24,570 nt of DNA from Bacteroidota bacterium (lineage in GTDB: Bacteria; Bacteroidota; Bacteroidia; NS11-12g; UBA955), in assembly GCA_018969565.1 (NCBI GenBank), contig JAGWYC010000001.1, forward strand, positions 1 through 24,570, read 5' to 3'. Position 1 is the stretch's first letter. Every line of letters starts with the position of its first letter. Under the pieces are notes generated by a model. That model searched no databases. It saw only the letters and a program-made list of their open reading frames with translations, and had not been told where the DNA came from. Made by a program: the position numbers and the translations under genes. Positions 17,059 through 24,570 of the stretch are shown piece after piece.

Positions 17059-18206
17059 GTGTATTTGCTGAGGATTTTATTGCGGAACTGCGCCCCCATG
17101 GCTGCACGTTCCTCGGGGTGTGAAAGCAGGTATTTCAGCGCTTCAGCAAGTGCAGGCACTCCGGGCTGCACCAGCCAGCCATCCTGCCCATGCACCATGA
17201 CATCATTCACCGGTCCATTGTCCGGAGCTACAACGGCTTTACCCAGAATACCATATTCAAAAATCTTCATGGGGCTGCCATACCAGTTGCTCTTAGGCAT
17301 CACGGTCACATCCATGAGTGATATATATTGATAAACCTCACTGTGGGGCACCTTTCCCGCGAAGATTACCCGTCCTTCTCCCAGGGTTTCCACAGCCTGT
17401 TTCTTCAGGGCTTCTTCATTCATACCGCCGCCTACAATCAGCAGCACTGCATTGGGAAACTCCGCTTCAGCAGCCGCAAAAGCATGAATCAGGTCGTCCA
17501 GGCCGTGATGCGGGAAGAAAGAGCCCACAAAACCTATAACCTGTTTGCCCTGCAACTGCCAACGAGTACGCAACAATTCAATTTGTTTTTGATCCGTATG
17601 AACTGCCTGGGGATCTATACAATTAGGAATTACTTCGATTTTCTCGGCCGGATATCTGTACCTGCTTGCCAGGAAGTCGCGGAGCACCGAAGAAACCGCA
17701 AACACCTTATTGGCGGCATGGATTTTCCTTTTTTCGATGGCATGGCCAAGAGGATGCAACAGCGAGCGCCCTTCCCAATGTCGCATTTCTTCAATAAAAG
17801 GCGCATTTACCTCCAGAAAATGTGGTACACCTGTACGGCGACAAACCTGCATGCCTGAATCCTGCATGTATTCGCTGCGTTCATACACCAGGTCAGGCTG
17901 AAATTTCCGAATGGCCGTTTCCAGTGAGGCGGCGGCAGTGCGGTCAAATTTTCGTATTCCCACATCTTTCAGCGCATTATAGATTCGTTCAGGCAGGCTT
18001 TTCTTCAGCAGTTCCTTCATGGATTGTCGGCTGCCTTCCTGAGCAAATTGCTTTTTTTCTTCGGGAAGCGTTCCTCCCATCACCACCGGCAACACTTCAT
18101 GACCCAGATTTCTGAAGGCCTTGATGGTTTCCCGTTGATGCGTGCTGTAGCCTACTTCGCTGACAATATCATGGGTTGGATGGGGGGAGAAATAAATGAT
18201 GCGCAC
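17016..18206 (-). CDS. GT4 family glycosyltransferase (396 aa)
   Basis: Start moved from TTG 18215, which lies inside a promoter element, to GTG 18206 (MRIIYFSPHP). IGFVGSFFPHHG, GSPMKIFEY, YTWNQQA. Confidence 0.9.
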   Translation of the reverse strand: MRIIYFSPHPTHDIVSEVGYSTHQRETIKAFRNLGHEVLPVVMGGTLPEEKKQFAQEGSRQSMKELLKKSLPERIYNALKDVGIRKFDRTAAASLETAIRKFQPDLVYERSEYMQDSGMQVCRRTGVPHFLEVNAPFIEEMRHWEGRSLLHPLGHAIEKRKIHAANKVFAVSSVLRDFLASRYRYPAEKIEVIPNCIDPQAVHTDQKQIELLRTRWQLQGKQVIGFVGSFFPHHGLDDLIHAFAAAEAEFPNAVLLIVGGGMNEEALKKQAVETLGEGRVIFAGKVPHSEVYQYISLMDVTVMPKSNWYGSPMKIFEYGILGKAVVAPDNGPVNDVMVHGQDGWLVQPGVPALAEALKYLLSHPEERAAMGAQFRNKILSKYTWNQQAAYILSHFA

Positions 18207-18212
18207 GGATGG

Positions 18213-18220
18213 CAAAGGTA
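18213..18220 (-). promoter_or_regulatory. -7 element (TACCTTTG), only 6 nt upstream of GTG 18206
   Basis: Perfect TAnnTTTG followed by C on the minus strand, in the gap after the cupin stop. Confidence 0.55.
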
Positions 18221-18245
18221 CATTACCGGCCTAAGCAGGTAAACA

Positions 18246-19250
18246 TCAACCGTTTACGGGCAGCGGATTCATTTGGGCGGCCGCGTAGATATCCTCTGCT
18301 CTGTATGTTTTTCTCGGAATATTGATGCTGTCGCGATGCCAGGTATCGGGGATTTCCTGACCGTTCAACAGCATATCCAACCAGGGCAGATAGGCAGCCG
18401 GTGTATCGGGGCGCTGTCGCACTTCGCGCAGGTAATCCATATCGGCAATACCCATGCGTTGAATGAAAATGAATACATTCTGCATGCTCCACAAATCCAC
18501 TTCGGGGCCCTTGGCATTTCGGGTTGGGCCAAAATACTCGTCTTCCAGAATCGCCTTGAAATGGTCTCCTTCAGGGTACCACTGATAGGTTTTTTGGGCT
18601 GAGATACCCACCGCTCGTTCCAGACCGCACCAGTAAATCACTTTTCTGAGGGGCATTTTCAGGGCTTTGAGAATGGGGTTGCTGCGCAGGCCGTCGGTGC
18701 CGCGTTTCTTATCCGGAGTCCACAATTGCAGGGTGGTACTGTAGGCAGGAGGCATGAAGACCACATGAGGCTCCCAGGCATCAATGGTATGCACAGGGTA
18801 TTCCTTCTGGGTGAAATGTTTGGCCACGCGCATCCTGGTTTCAAGGGTTTTTTCATCCACCTCCACCTTTTTGTCGAACAGCATGGTTTCGTAACCGCTT
18901 CCATAAATCGCGGCGGTGGTCAGGATGTAGTTATTGTGATGGTGGATACAATGGGCCGCCTGCCCGGCTTTATAATCCTTCATGGCCGGGAAGAAGTGTA
19001 TTTTCAGGTGGAAATCAGTACATTCATAGATGTAGAGGAAAGGAATGTTATACTGGCTCCACACCTGGGCTTTGTAGCCTTCGTCGTCAAAGTTGCGTTG
19101 AACCACGGCCTTCAGAAATTCCTTATCTGCGCCCATTTCCTGAAGGATGGCACCGGCATGACTGTGGAATTCAGGGCGGTTTTCATAATCGTGGTTGAGT
19201 TTTTTCAACCGCTCGATGTAGGGATGATGTTCAAAAACCTGGGTGCTCAT
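18246..19250 (-). CDS. Hypothetical protein, probable cupin with a cysteine-dioxygenase-like 3-His metal site
   Basis: 334-aa ORF colinear with the locus and with its own promoter. FHLKIHFFP...AAHCIHHHNN...GYETMLF...VHTIDAWEPHVV...STTLQLW parallels the CDO-type pattern IHDH...E..Y...HRV...SLHLY. The ORF is well supported; the fold call is inference. Confidence 0.6.
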   Translation of the reverse strand: MSTQVFEHHPYIERLKKLNHDYENRPEFHSHAGAILQEMGADKEFLKAVVQRNFDDEGYKAQVWSQYNIPFLYIYECTDFHLKIHFFPAMKDYKAGQAAHCIHHHNNYILTTAAIYGSGYETMLFDKKVEVDEKTLETRMRVAKHFTQKEYPVHTIDAWEPHVVFMPPAYSTTLQLWTPDKKRGTDGLRSNPILKALKMPLRKVIYWCGLERAVGISAQKTYQWYPEGDHFKAILEDEYFGPTRNAKGPEVDLWSMQNVFIFIQRMGIADMDYLREVRQRPDTPAAYLPWLDMLLNGQEIPDTWHRDSINIPRKTYRAEDIYAAAQMNPLPVNG

Positions 19251-19263
19251 GGAGATGTTTGTG

Positions 19264-19271
19264 CAAATTTA
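19264..19271 (-). promoter_or_regulatory. -7 element (TAAATTTG) for the cupin-like gene
   Basis: Perfect TAnnTTTG followed by C, 13 nt upstream of ATG 19250. Confidence 0.6.
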
Positions 19272-19340
19272 ATGCGCACCGGATGGACTCACTGATGTTT
19301 CCCCACCACCTGAACTGATTTTCGGCAGGAATTCAGCCTC

Positions 19341-20591
19341 TTAGGTTGTTTGCCTGTGGCGGGCTGCTTCGTCAAGGATGTTCAACACTTTGCGCACCTG
19401 ATAATCGAGCGTGTATTCTGAGTAATCAAATTCCTTGTTAAAGGGCATGCTGCCGTCCTTCAGTTTCATCATGTCCACTACGAACTTTTCAGTGTCGAGA
19501 TAACGGTCCATGATATAACCGATTTGCCCCCCGGTAATAATGGTGCTCAGCAATCCCGGACCAACGCAGGCGATAATGGGTTTCCGGAATTTGATATAAT
19601 CATACACTTTGGTGGCCACGCTGTTGACCATTTCGGGTCGCTGGAACAGGAGGAAGGCATCGGACGCCGAGAGACTGGCTGCAAGGTGGTCCTGCTGCAT
19701 ATAGGCATGGCGTTCCACATTGGGCAGCGGGTTGCGGTCCATAATCTGTTCCATTTCCCGGTCTCCATTGCCGATAAATACAAATCGAAACGCACCCGGA
19801 TATCGTTCCTGGAGCACTTTAACATTGTTCAGGAAATGTTCAAACACGGGTTCGCACCCCCTACCGATATTACCGGCGCAGGTAATGGTAAATGCCTGGT
19901 CGGCAGCCTGTTTTTCTACGGGAATAGGGTTGAGCAGATCTGAAACAGGATTGAGGATGAGGTGGTAATTACCGGGACAAATAGCCGACAAATAAGCGAT
20001 GATATCGGGGCAGGCCGCCGTGATTGCATCCGAAGCGCGCAATACCTCTTTTTCACGGGCTGCTTCATGAGCAAATCGGGTGGGACTAAGCGCGCGGATA
20101 CCATAATGGAAACCAATAGTCCACCGGTCGCGGAAATCACTGAGCAGAACCAAATGCGGGAACTCTTTCTTCAGCATTGCACCACAATAGAGATAGCTGA
20201 ACGGCGCACCGGTGCAAATCAGGGTTTTTATTTGATGCTGTTGAATCAGTTTGCGCGATAGAGCGAGCATACGCGGGATATCGAGCACGCCGGTGTCATA
20301 AACAGTGCCCTTCACCCGCAGTTTCATCATGAACAGCGCTGCGCGGTAATATAGTTTACCCCATACACTGGACGGGCCTTTCTGAAGGATGGCCGGATAC
20401 ACGGATTTAAAGCGATGTACCCGCTTATTGTATTCAGCAAATTCATCAGGTATATCCTGTTGGGCTGTTATTAGGTGAACATCTAAGCCCGACTCCAACA
20501 TGCTACGTCCAAAAAGTGCCCAACGCCGACCGCCAACACCGTGTTTGGTTCCAAGTTTTCCTGAGAGAATAAGTATTGGTCCTGTTTTCAC
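19341..20591 (-). CDS. GT4-like (GT-B) glycosyltransferase, paralog of 21640-22911
   Basis: GTG start after an AT-rich leader. GVGGRRWALFGR, TGAPFS, DFRDRW, AGNIG, ATKVYDYIKFRKPII. Confidence 0.82.
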   Translation of the reverse strand: MKTGPILILSGKLGTKHGVGGRRWALFGRSMLESGLDVHLITAQQDIPDEFAEYNKRVHRFKSVYPAILQKGPSSVWGKLYYRAALFMMKLRVKGTVYDTGVLDIPRMLALSRKLIQQHQIKTLICTGAPFSYLYCGAMLKKEFPHLVLLSDFRDRWTIGFHYGIRALSPTRFAHEAAREKEVLRASDAITAACPDIIAYLSAICPGNYHLILNPVSDLLNPIPVEKQAADQAFTITCAGNIGRGCEPVFEHFLNNVKVLQERYPGAFRFVFIGNGDREMEQIMDRNPLPNVERHAYMQQDHLAASLSASDAFLLFQRPEMVNSVATKVYDYIKFRKPIIACVGPGLLSTIITGGQIGYIMDRYLDTEKFVVDMMKLKDGSMPFNKEFDYSEYTLDYQVRKVLNILDEAARHRQTT

Positions 20592-21124
20592 TTTAAATAC
20601 TACTAAAATCTAAAGTTGAATAATCTCCTCAATAAACCACTTGGGGTTGACAGGTAATAACTCGAGTACACCAAGGGTCTTCTGTTTTACACTACATCCG
20701 CATGTACTTCGCTTTTGTCGTCGGAAATGCGGTTTGAAGTATCAGATTTTGCTCCGCAAATATCCGCTTTCGTTCAATAAATATTCCTTAAGATAAGCTA
20801 TTTTTAAGTACATATTTTGGATTTGTGCTTTGCAGGCATAAACCTCATTCCGGTTCTCCTGAGGATGCTTCCTCTGCAAGGTTTAGATGAACCGTTTGCA
20901 TGCCAAGCGTGTTGTACACTAAGGTTTGTTTTCCCCGAAAAGTTATTTCCAGAAAAGACTATGATATACCCGTCCGCATGCTGAACATCGAATACGAAGA
21001 AAAGTGAAGCATCATTCACCTAATCCGTCTTGCTGCTAAACGATCATGGAAAAAGGCCTTTCACAAATGTCAAGATTATGGGTTCAAAGCGGATGTTTTT
21101 TTCAGGATTTTTTTATGCGTAACT

Positions 21125-21132
21125 TATCTTTG
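21125..21132 (+). promoter_or_regulatory. -7 element (TATCTTTG) for the hexapeptide acyltransferase
   Basis: Perfect TAnnTTTG followed by C, 22 nt upstream of ATG 21155. Confidence 0.65.
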
Positions 21133-21154
21133 CTCACGTAAACAGCTGATAATC

Positions 21155-21634
21155 ATGATTTCAGAAAAAGCAGTCATCGGAAAAAATGTTTCCATCGGTG
21201 CCTATTGCGTGATAGAAGAAGGGGTGGTGATTGGAGACAATACCACCATCAAGAACTACGTAGAGTTGCGCAAGAATACCATTATCGGCGAGAACTGTTA
21301 CATAGATTCGAGGGTTTCAACCTCAGGCGACTGCAAGGTGGGCAACAATGTAACAGTGCGTTACGCATCTATTCTTGCCAGAGGTGTTGAAGTAGGCGAT
21401 GGCACCTACATCTGTCCCAAAGTGATGACCAATAACCTGAATACCGGTCAGGCACAGATTGGCGGTGCTAAAATTGGCCGCAACTGTTTTATTGGCACCA
21501 ATACCGTGCTGCAACATGGTATTACCCTGGGCGACAATGTGATTACCGGCAGCCTTTCGTTTGTAAATAAGAATATTCCCGAGGGGGAGATTTGGTTCGG
21601 CAATCCTGCCAAACCCTACAAAAAAGAAAAATAA
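21155..21634 (+). CDS. Hexapeptide-repeat acyltransferase (WlbB/WbpD/FdtC-like N- or O-acetyltransferase)
   Basis: [LIV]G-x4 repeats throughout (AVIGKN VSIGAY CVIEEG VVIGDN), MTNN, and a C-terminal V.KNIP.GEIWFGNPAK. Confidence 0.88.
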   Translation: MISEKAVIGKNVSIGAYCVIEEGVVIGDNTTIKNYVELRKNTIIGENCYIDSRVSTSGDCKVGNNVTVRYASILARGVEVGDGTYICPKVMTNNLNTGQAQIGGAKIGRNCFIGTNTVLQHGITLGDNVITGSLSFVNKNIPEGEIWFGNPAKPYKKEK

Positions 21635-21639
21635 GTGTT

Positions 21640-22911
21640 TTAATGGTCGGCCTTTTCGAGTATAGGCCTCAGGTTTTTTACCAATTGCTCCATTTGGAAT
21701 TCAGAAGTGAACTCTTTGTTGCTGTATGCCCGGTCAAATTCAATCGCGCCATCAGCCAGACGCAACAATTCATCAGCCGCAAGCGCCTCTGATTGTCTGT
21801 GGTCAAGTAAAAGCCCCAGATTCTTTTCCTGAATCAACTCCGCCAGTTTGCCTTTGAGTTTATAAGCCACCAGCGGCTTTTTAAAAACTATGTAATCGAA
21901 GAACTTTGTTGGAATACTCTTGGCCAGCACCTCTCTGTTGAATATCAGAAAAGCGTCTGCAGTGGCCATGAATGCTCCTAGTTCCTGCTGCGGCATCCTG
22001 TCCACAATATTCAAGCCGGGTATTTCTGCCTGTCTGAATTGTTGTACCACCTGTTCATTCGGACAACCGACCAGAGATACACAGAACTTTCCCGGGTGAC
22101 TTGTCTGCAACATGCGCAGTGCGTTCAGGAAGTGGTTGGTCTGTACCTCACAACCATCGGAAATATTTCCAACGTGTACCAGATGAAAACAGTTTGGTTT
22201 GGGATTTATAGCCTCAGACGGTTTCCGTACCTGAAGCATTGGCGAAACAGCGTTATACAGGAGCAGGTAGTCACGCGGGTGAATTTGCCTGAGGTAGTCG
22301 GCTATGTCCTCGCTGGCCACGGTAACCAGATCTGATTGCCTGATCACGGCCTGTTCACACGCCTGTTCATAAGCTTTACCGGCTTTATTAAGCGTGCGCA
22401 TCCCATAATTAAACCCTTCGGTCCATTTATCGCGAAAGTCGGTAACCAGCACCAGTTGTGGAAATTCCTTCTTCAGCAGTGTTCCGTAGTAGAGAAAGCT
22501 GAACGGTGCACCGGTGATAATGCACACACGGATTTGTTCTTTTTTAATGATGCTTCTGCATTGTTTCAGAAACTCATTTTTGTCGCGTTTTCCAAGGTCG
22601 TAAACCGTTCCCCGGGTTCTGAGTCGCATACGCAGGAGCCAGAAGCGATAAGCTATTTTCCCTGCAAAATTTACAGGAATGGTATTGATGATGGCCGGAA
22701 ATCTGGAATGAAAATGATGTATCCGGTGATGCCCGTTTTGAAGTTCTTCGGGAAGCTCTTTCCTGGTAGTCAGAAAATGCACTTTGTTGCCGGCTTCGCT
22801 TAAGGCCCGGCCAAACAAAGCCCAACGTCTGCCACCCACCCCGCCGCGCGTGCCGAGGTCGTAATTTACAATCAGCACAGCCCCCTGTATGCCTGATTCC
22901 TGCGCGGTCAT
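21640..22911 (-). CDS. GT4-like (GT-B) glycosyltransferase, paralog of 19341-20591
   Basis: GVGGRRWALFGR, TGAPFS, DFRDKW, HVGNIS, IPTKFFDYIVFKKPLV. Confidence 0.82.
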   Translation of the reverse strand: MTAQESGIQGAVLIVNYDLGTRGGVGGRRWALFGRALSEAGNKVHFLTTRKELPEELQNGHHRIHHFHSRFPAIINTIPVNFAGKIAYRFWLLRMRLRTRGTVYDLGKRDKNEFLKQCRSIIKKEQIRVCIITGAPFSFLYYGTLLKKEFPQLVLVTDFRDKWTEGFNYGMRTLNKAGKAYEQACEQAVIRQSDLVTVASEDIADYLRQIHPRDYLLLYNAVSPMLQVRKPSEAINPKPNCFHLVHVGNISDGCEVQTNHFLNALRMLQTSHPGKFCVSLVGCPNEQVVQQFRQAEIPGLNIVDRMPQQELGAFMATADAFLIFNREVLAKSIPTKFFDYIVFKKPLVAYKLKGKLAELIQEKNLGLLLDHRQSEALAADELLRLADGAIEFDRAYSNKEFTSEFQMEQLVKNLRPILEKADH

Positions 22912-22914
22912 GGG

Positions 22915-23820
22915 TCAGGAGTCCTGTGTTTGGGGATTCTGGCCCGATCCTTCCACCCGAACAGCGGGATGTCCATAATAGGTTCCCGGTTCAGAAAGAC
23001 TTTTAGTTACAACGCTGCCCTGCCCCAATACCACATGGTCTGCAATACTCACCTTGTTGCGAATGGTAGTTCCAATACTGATAAAGGCAAAGTCGCCTAC
23101 CTGAACGGAACCCGCAATACATACATGACTGGTTAGAATACAGTGTTTCCCTATGTTGCAATTATGACCAATGTTGACAAAAGAGCCTATTTTGCTTCCG
23201 TATCCAATTTGTGTGGACCCCATGGCGGCGCGACGCACAGTGCTGTGCGGGCCGATGTCCACATAGTCTTCAAGCACAACCCTCCCAATTTGAGGAAACG
23301 GAATGTAGCGACCTTCCTGGTCATCAAATTCCAGGCCCAGCCCTTCGGTACCCAGGCTGGTATTATTGCGAATGATGCAATTTTCACCAATCGTGGTTCC
23401 CGGGAGAATGGAACAGCCTGAATGGACCACCGTGCCTGGGCCAATGGTCACATCGCTGCCGATGAATACATTATCGCCGATGCTGATGGTTTGATTGGCG
23501 CGATGCAATCCTACATGGTTTTCCGGCTCGGCTGTTTCTTGAAAGTAACGATGAAAAGCGCGTGCATAAACAAGCCTGGGCTTTTCTGCCGTGCTGAGCA
23601 AGCAAAGGTTGGGATAAGCTTCCTGCAGGTGCGACAATGACTGATGTATAATTACATATCCACAGTTGAACTCGTTTAGAACTTCTTCACTTCCTGCCCA
23701 GCAAAGGCTCTTTTCATGGTGATTACCGGGATAACCAATACCACTAATGATGTTTCCGGCTGATCCTAAAACTTCAAGGGACAGGTCAGCGGCAAGGTTT
23801 TCAGGGTGTATCGAGTTCAT
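22915..23820 (-). CDS. LpxD-like acyltransferase (N-terminal LpxD domain, shortened beta-helix, no C-terminal helical extension); probably not the housekeeping LpxD
   Basis: KPRLVY (LpxD-N motif), LGTEGLG, FPQIGRVVLEDYVDIGPHSTVRR, KIGSFVNIGHNCNIG, IAGSV.VG, YYGHPA. Confidence 0.8.
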   Translation of the reverse strand: MNSIHPENLAADLSLEVLGSAGNIISGIGYPGNHHEKSLCWAGSEEVLNEFNCGYVIIHQSLSHLQEAYPNLCLLSTAEKPRLVYARAFHRYFQETAEPENHVGLHRANQTISIGDNVFIGSDVTIGPGTVVHSGCSILPGTTIGENCIIRNNTSLGTEGLGLEFDDQEGRYIPFPQIGRVVLEDYVDIGPHSTVRRAAMGSTQIGYGSKIGSFVNIGHNCNIGKHCILTSHVCIAGSVQVGDFAFISIGTTIRNKVSIADHVVLGQGSVVTKSLSEPGTYYGHPAVRVEGSGQNPQTQDS

Positions 23821-23850
23821 AATCAGCGTTTTAGGAAGAAGGGCTGAAAT

Positions 23851-24570
23851 TTAAGCATCTTTTAATTCAATGCCGTACACGGTTTTTACCCCCTTTTGTT
23901 TTCGTTCTTCCCTGCGGCGAATACCTTCCTGGTAATAAGCCTCGAGCGATGGTGCCGGGTTATTGTAAAAACCGAAGAGTTTCTTGCTGCTTTCATCCAT
24001 TTGGGCCGCGAAACCGTTCTCTGCAAAAATCTTATCCCACTGGAACTGTGGCTTCATGAATGATTTCCTCAGCACGTTGGCAATACAGCGGCGCTGTGCC
24101 CCATTGTGGTTGATTCCGCTGGCGTGGTAAGTGAGTGAGTTAAAAAAAAGCACGGAACCCGCTTTCATGGTTACCTGTACTTTGTGTTTTTCGATATAGT
24201 CGTCAGAAGGACGGTTGCGCAGGAGGTGTGAACCGGGAACAAACCAGGTAGCTCCGTTTTCAGCGGTGGTATCGTCAATGCAGTACAGCAGATTGAGGCT
24301 CAACATCACCTCCGGGGTAAACAGCGGTACATCCCGGTGAAAAAGGGTCGTGGGGTGGGTAAACTTGCTGGATGTATAAAATCCGTTGAAGGAATAATAC
24401 AGATAATCCCCCAGCAACTCCTGAGCTATTTCCATTACCGGCTGAACGGCTGCAAGCGGCAGAAACGCTTTATCAAGACTGATGATGCAGCGAAGGGTGC
24501 CCAATTCGTTCTCATTAATATGCTCCGGGTTAAAGTTGGCTTCGTACTGATGAATAAGGCTGTCAAATGC
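23851..24570 (-). CDS. Phytanoyl-CoA dioxygenase (PhyH) family Fe(II)/2-oxoglutarate dioxygenase, 5'-truncated by the window edge
   Basis: H-x-D motif LFHRD (24331-24339), NGATWFVPGSH, GSVLFF, distal His YHASG, QRR. The frame stays open for 22 more codons beyond the ORF-track start (24504), up to base 24570. Confidence 0.9.
   Translation of the reverse strand, partial: AFDSLIHQYEANFNPEHINENELGTLRCIISLDKAFLPLAAVQPVMEIAQELLGDYLYYSFNGFYTSSKFTHPTTLFHRDVPLFTPEVMLSLNLLYCIDDTTAENGATWFVPGSHLLRNRPSDDYIEKHKVQVTMKAGSVLFFNSLTYHASGINHNGAQRRCIANVLRKSFMKPQFQWDKIFAENGFAAQMDESSKKLFGFYNNPAPSLEAYYQEGIRRREERKQKGVKTVYGIELKDA

Larger units (their letters stand above)
7328..24570. other. Surface polysaccharide (EPS/capsule/O-antigen) biosynthesis and tailoring locus; continues beyond the right edge
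   Basis: Contiguous glycosyltransferases, acyltransferases, an amidotransferase, a deacetylase, a Wzy-like protein and oxygenases. No flippase, chain-length regulator or nucleotide-sugar synthesis gene is visible in the window. Confidence 0.9.

Noticed and set aside
20804-21019. 71-aa minus-strand ORF in the intergenic gap
   Set aside because: No recognisable motif, GTG start and no promoter support; mentioned only within the gap finding.
20762-21094. 9-bp inverted repeat ATCCGCTTT (20762-20770) / AAAGCGGAT (21086-21094) as a possible invertible-promoter boundary
   Set aside because: About 0.6 such pairs are expected by chance in 560 bp. It does not extend, the clear -7 element lies outside it, and no recombinase is visible.
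24142-24149. Homopolymer tracts (A8 here, T7 at 14041-14047, G6 at 18182-18187) as phase-variation switches
   Set aside because: Too short, they encode ordinary Phe/Leu/Pro runs, and all frames are intact.
1-24570. CRISPR arrays, tRNA/rRNA, IS or integrase genes, defence systems, intrinsic terminators
   Set aside because: By eye I found no regularly spaced repeats, cloverleaf or rRNA-like sequence, transposase or recombinase motifs, or convincing hairpin plus U-tract. A weak or short element could have been missed.

Overview
A gene-dense window from a Bacteroidota chromosome, roughly 50% GC by eye. The assignment rests on the tatA-gatA-SLT/LysM synteny, TAnnTTTG -7 promoter elements, a Gln at +1 after a signal peptide, and the lack of obvious Shine-Dalgarno sequences. 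Bases 1-7352 are housekeeping and envelope genes: a thioesterase 3' end, a DUF5916/CBM9-like outer-membrane protein, an SLT+LysM protein, gatA, tatA, frr and purK. Bases 7328-24570 are part of a surface-polysaccharide locus that runs off the right edge. It holds 7 glycosyltransferases, a Wzy/WaaL-family membrane protein and 8 putative tailoring enzymes: a WcaF-like acetyltransferase, an AsnB-type amidotransferase, a GNAT, a CE4 deacetylase, a hexapeptide acyltransferase, an LpxD-like acyltransferase, a PhyH dioxygenase and an unannotated cupin-like protein. I saw no RNA genes, CRISPR arrays, IS elements or intrinsic terminators. Most notable: (i) a cysteine-dioxygenase-like 3-His cupin with a remodelled outer-sphere motif inside the glycan locus; (ii) an MltD-type protein whose three SLT motifs, including the catalytic Glu, are all degenerate; (iii) an opposite-strand GNAT-deacetylase-Wzy cassette whose promoter overlaps the neighbouring gene start; (iv) an LpxD-like enzyme with altered acyl-recognition residues next to a PhyH dioxygenase. 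All family calls are from motif recognition by eye; no database searches were run.
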